NCBI RefSeq assembly: GCF_947568905.1
Contig: NC_079167.1
Span: 67,890,001 to 67,954,000 of the forward strand
Direction: 5' to 3'
Length of the DNA: 64,000 bases
Source of the DNA: Ostrea edulis
Taxonomy: Eukaryota
The notes under the pieces are model-generated. The model searched no databases, was not told the origin of the DNA, and saw nothing but the letters and a program-made list of their open reading frames with translations. Both the position numbers and the translations under genes were made by a program. Position 1 is the first letter of the stretch. The number at the start of each line of letters is the position of its first letter. This document shows, piece by piece, positions 62,714 through 64,000 of this stretch.

Positions 62714-63739
62714 CAATAGGGGTCCTCTTCAACTCATAACCAACCTACATATGAAATATCAATACAATCAAGTGAATGGTTCTCAGGATATTGAGCGGAC
62801 AACATGTGGTCTACCGACCGACATACAGGTGCAAAGCAACATGCCCCTCTTCTTTGAAGGGGGGCGCGGGGGCATTAAAAACACATACCAAAATTATTGT
62901 ACATGGAATTACTTAAGCAGAATTCAAATTTTAGCAGCTTTAGCAGAGAAACAATAGAACTAATTTATAGTTGTGCTAAAAATATGAAATTTCTGTCCCT
63001 CCATTCTCATACAGGGAAGCACTAATTAAATCATAATTATGTCAAATAGCGCATCAGCTCCTACTGTGTTAAGTACACATAGAATAATCTGCCGTCATTC
63101 AGGACATTTCATTGCAATAATCTGCCATCATTCAGGACATTTCATTGCAATCTGCAACTCTTCATCAATTTCAGGTATGAGAGTCTTTCATATACTTTCA
63201 AGATATAGACAACAAATCCATATTATGGACACATTGTTTCACCATTTGAACAACAAATCTACACAATACATATATTTTTTTCGCACTTAAAATGGAAATT
63301 CACAAATGCTTCTTCCACAGGAAAGACAGCTTGCTACACAGATGTTATACAGAAGCTTAATTTATAACACCAAGTTACCTTGACCACCGGTCAGTCTTAA
63401 GGCCTCAAACTTAGCCATGGAATTGTCCTCAACCACAAGTACTTGATTAGGATTCAGCTTCTCAAACCAGGACTGCAGGTAATTTTTCTTCACGGTTGAA
63501 GGGACAGTTACAAACACATCGCATTTCAAATTGATGGCCACCGATACAGCAGCGATACCAATGTCTGTGTGTCCATCGTAAATCAGCACTGAAGATCCTA
63601 TGCAGACATTCTCTTCAACAACCAAAGCTTTGATAGCTATCCCATATGCCCGGAGAACACAGGAGGCCTCTCGTAAGGACCAATCCTCTGGTACATCAAC
63701 CAAGAACCTTTTTTCTACAACTGCTGTTGTTGCTACAGC
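53642..63739 (-). CDS. FAS-like type I synthase, C-terminal 873 aa (ER-KR-ACP-TE); exons 63739-63379, 60626-60516, 58604-58387, 58188-57838, 57662-57419, 57133-56891, 56605-56255, 55597-55479, 55390-55133, 54419-54180, 53767-53642; 5' part lies beyond the window
   Basis: All introns GT-AG and phase-consistent (2622 nt). KR: YIITGGLGGFGLELA, PKVVG, FSSVASGRGNAGQTNYGYANS, LAIQWG; ACP: DSL; TE: GLSFG, VDSSP, C-terminal His. FASN symbol withheld because the ER is strongly divergent. Confidence 0.92.
55616..56155 (-). mobile_element. HINE-like element with ~140-bp internal repeats in a FAS-like intron
   Basis: AAACAAG terminus at 55616, 3 internal units, GACAGAAT microsatellite, hairpin ATGCCCC...GGGGCATAAAAA at the other end. 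Confidence 0.8.
58664..59800 (-). mobile_element. Degenerate HINE-like element(s)
   Basis: AACAAGAGGCTCATGGG terminus followed by decayed units with TGACCTTGA and CAAAGTTATG motifs; right boundary approximate. Confidence 0.5.
60700..62882 (-). mobile_element. Outer HINE-like element interrupted by a younger HINE
   Basis: AACAAGAGATGTTTG terminus at about 60701; its unit GACCT(A/G)AAAA(T)CAATAGGG resumes at 62714 after the insert; ends with an ACCG microsatellite, hairpin and GGCATTAAAAA. Confidence 0.7.
61134..62713 (-). mobile_element. Young complete HINE with about 8 units of the 166-bp satellite
   Basis: CCCCATC(C/T)GA motif at 61525, 61691, 61857, 62023, 62189 and 62355 (exact 166 spacing); canonical ends AACAAGAGGCCCGTGGGCC and AGCTCACTTGAGCTTTCAGCTCAGGTGAGCTAA. 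Confidence 0.95.
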
Positions 63740-63743
63740 CTAG

Positions 63744-64000
63744 AAACAAGAGGTACTGTGAGCAATGCTCACTAAGAATACCCCCCGCTTACCCCAATCT
63801 CCCAAAGGGTGTTGGTAATAAGTATAAACTACCTCTTTTCTGAGTGTAAAAAACAAATGGCATGACAAACCTAACCATATTGCTACTTCAATGTCCAGTG
63901 CGCGTGACCTTTGACCTTTTGACCCCAAAATCGATAGGGAACATCTTCATCCCATGGGTAGTCCATATGTATGATATGGTGACTGCAGGTGGAAAGGATA
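63744..64000 (-). mobile_element. HINE-like element 3' end abutting a FAS-like splice acceptor
   Basis: AAACAAGAGGTACTGTGAGCAATGCTCAC terminus followed by GTGACCTTTGACCTTTT units; runs off the window. Confidence 0.65.

Noticed and set aside
63040-63290. Extra FAS-like exon
   Set aside because: All three minus-strand frames stop after the candidate acceptor; exons 63379 and 60626 already join in phase as GGQG-VDLV. The region only holds a 33-bp local duplication.

Overview
Eukaryotic, AT-rich, repeat-dense genomic DNA, very probably from a true oyster (Ostreidae); this is inferred from multiple Helentron/HINE-type elements carrying a 166-bp satellite like the oyster Cg170/HindIII family. Five genes were reconstructed by hand from splice sites and reading-frame phase: (1) an intronless-CDS C2H2 zinc-finger gene with 20 fingers (4989-8246, +); (2) an unrecognised small Cys-rich, probably secreted protein (about 32030-33985, +, start codon not located); (3) an SPSB3-like SPRY/SOCS-box gene (37135-35560, -); (4) PICK1 (39908-47378, +, 10 coding exons, one GC-AG intron), head-to-head with gene 3; and (5) the 3' part (ER-KR-ACP-TE, 11 exons, 873 aa) of a fatty-acid-synthase-like megasynthase (63739-53642, -) whose enoyl-reductase NADPH motif is degenerate. 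The rest is transposon debris: an RTE LINE, many HINEs, MITEs with TA or 9-bp target duplications, SINE fragments and tandem repeats. Strongest leads: (a) the FAS-like enzyme looks like an ER-inactive polyketide synthase; (b) miniature LTR retrotransposons (TRIMs) whose LTRs contain a tRNA-like Pol III promoter, one complete with PBS, PPT and a 4-bp TSD; (c) a separate LTR-like unit containing the 5S rRNA internal control region followed by a tRNA-Leu PBS (Cassandra/Ajax-like); (d) the orphan Cys-rich gene; (e) a tandem repeat that multiplies a PICK1 splice donor. No database searches were run; family names come from recalled motifs.
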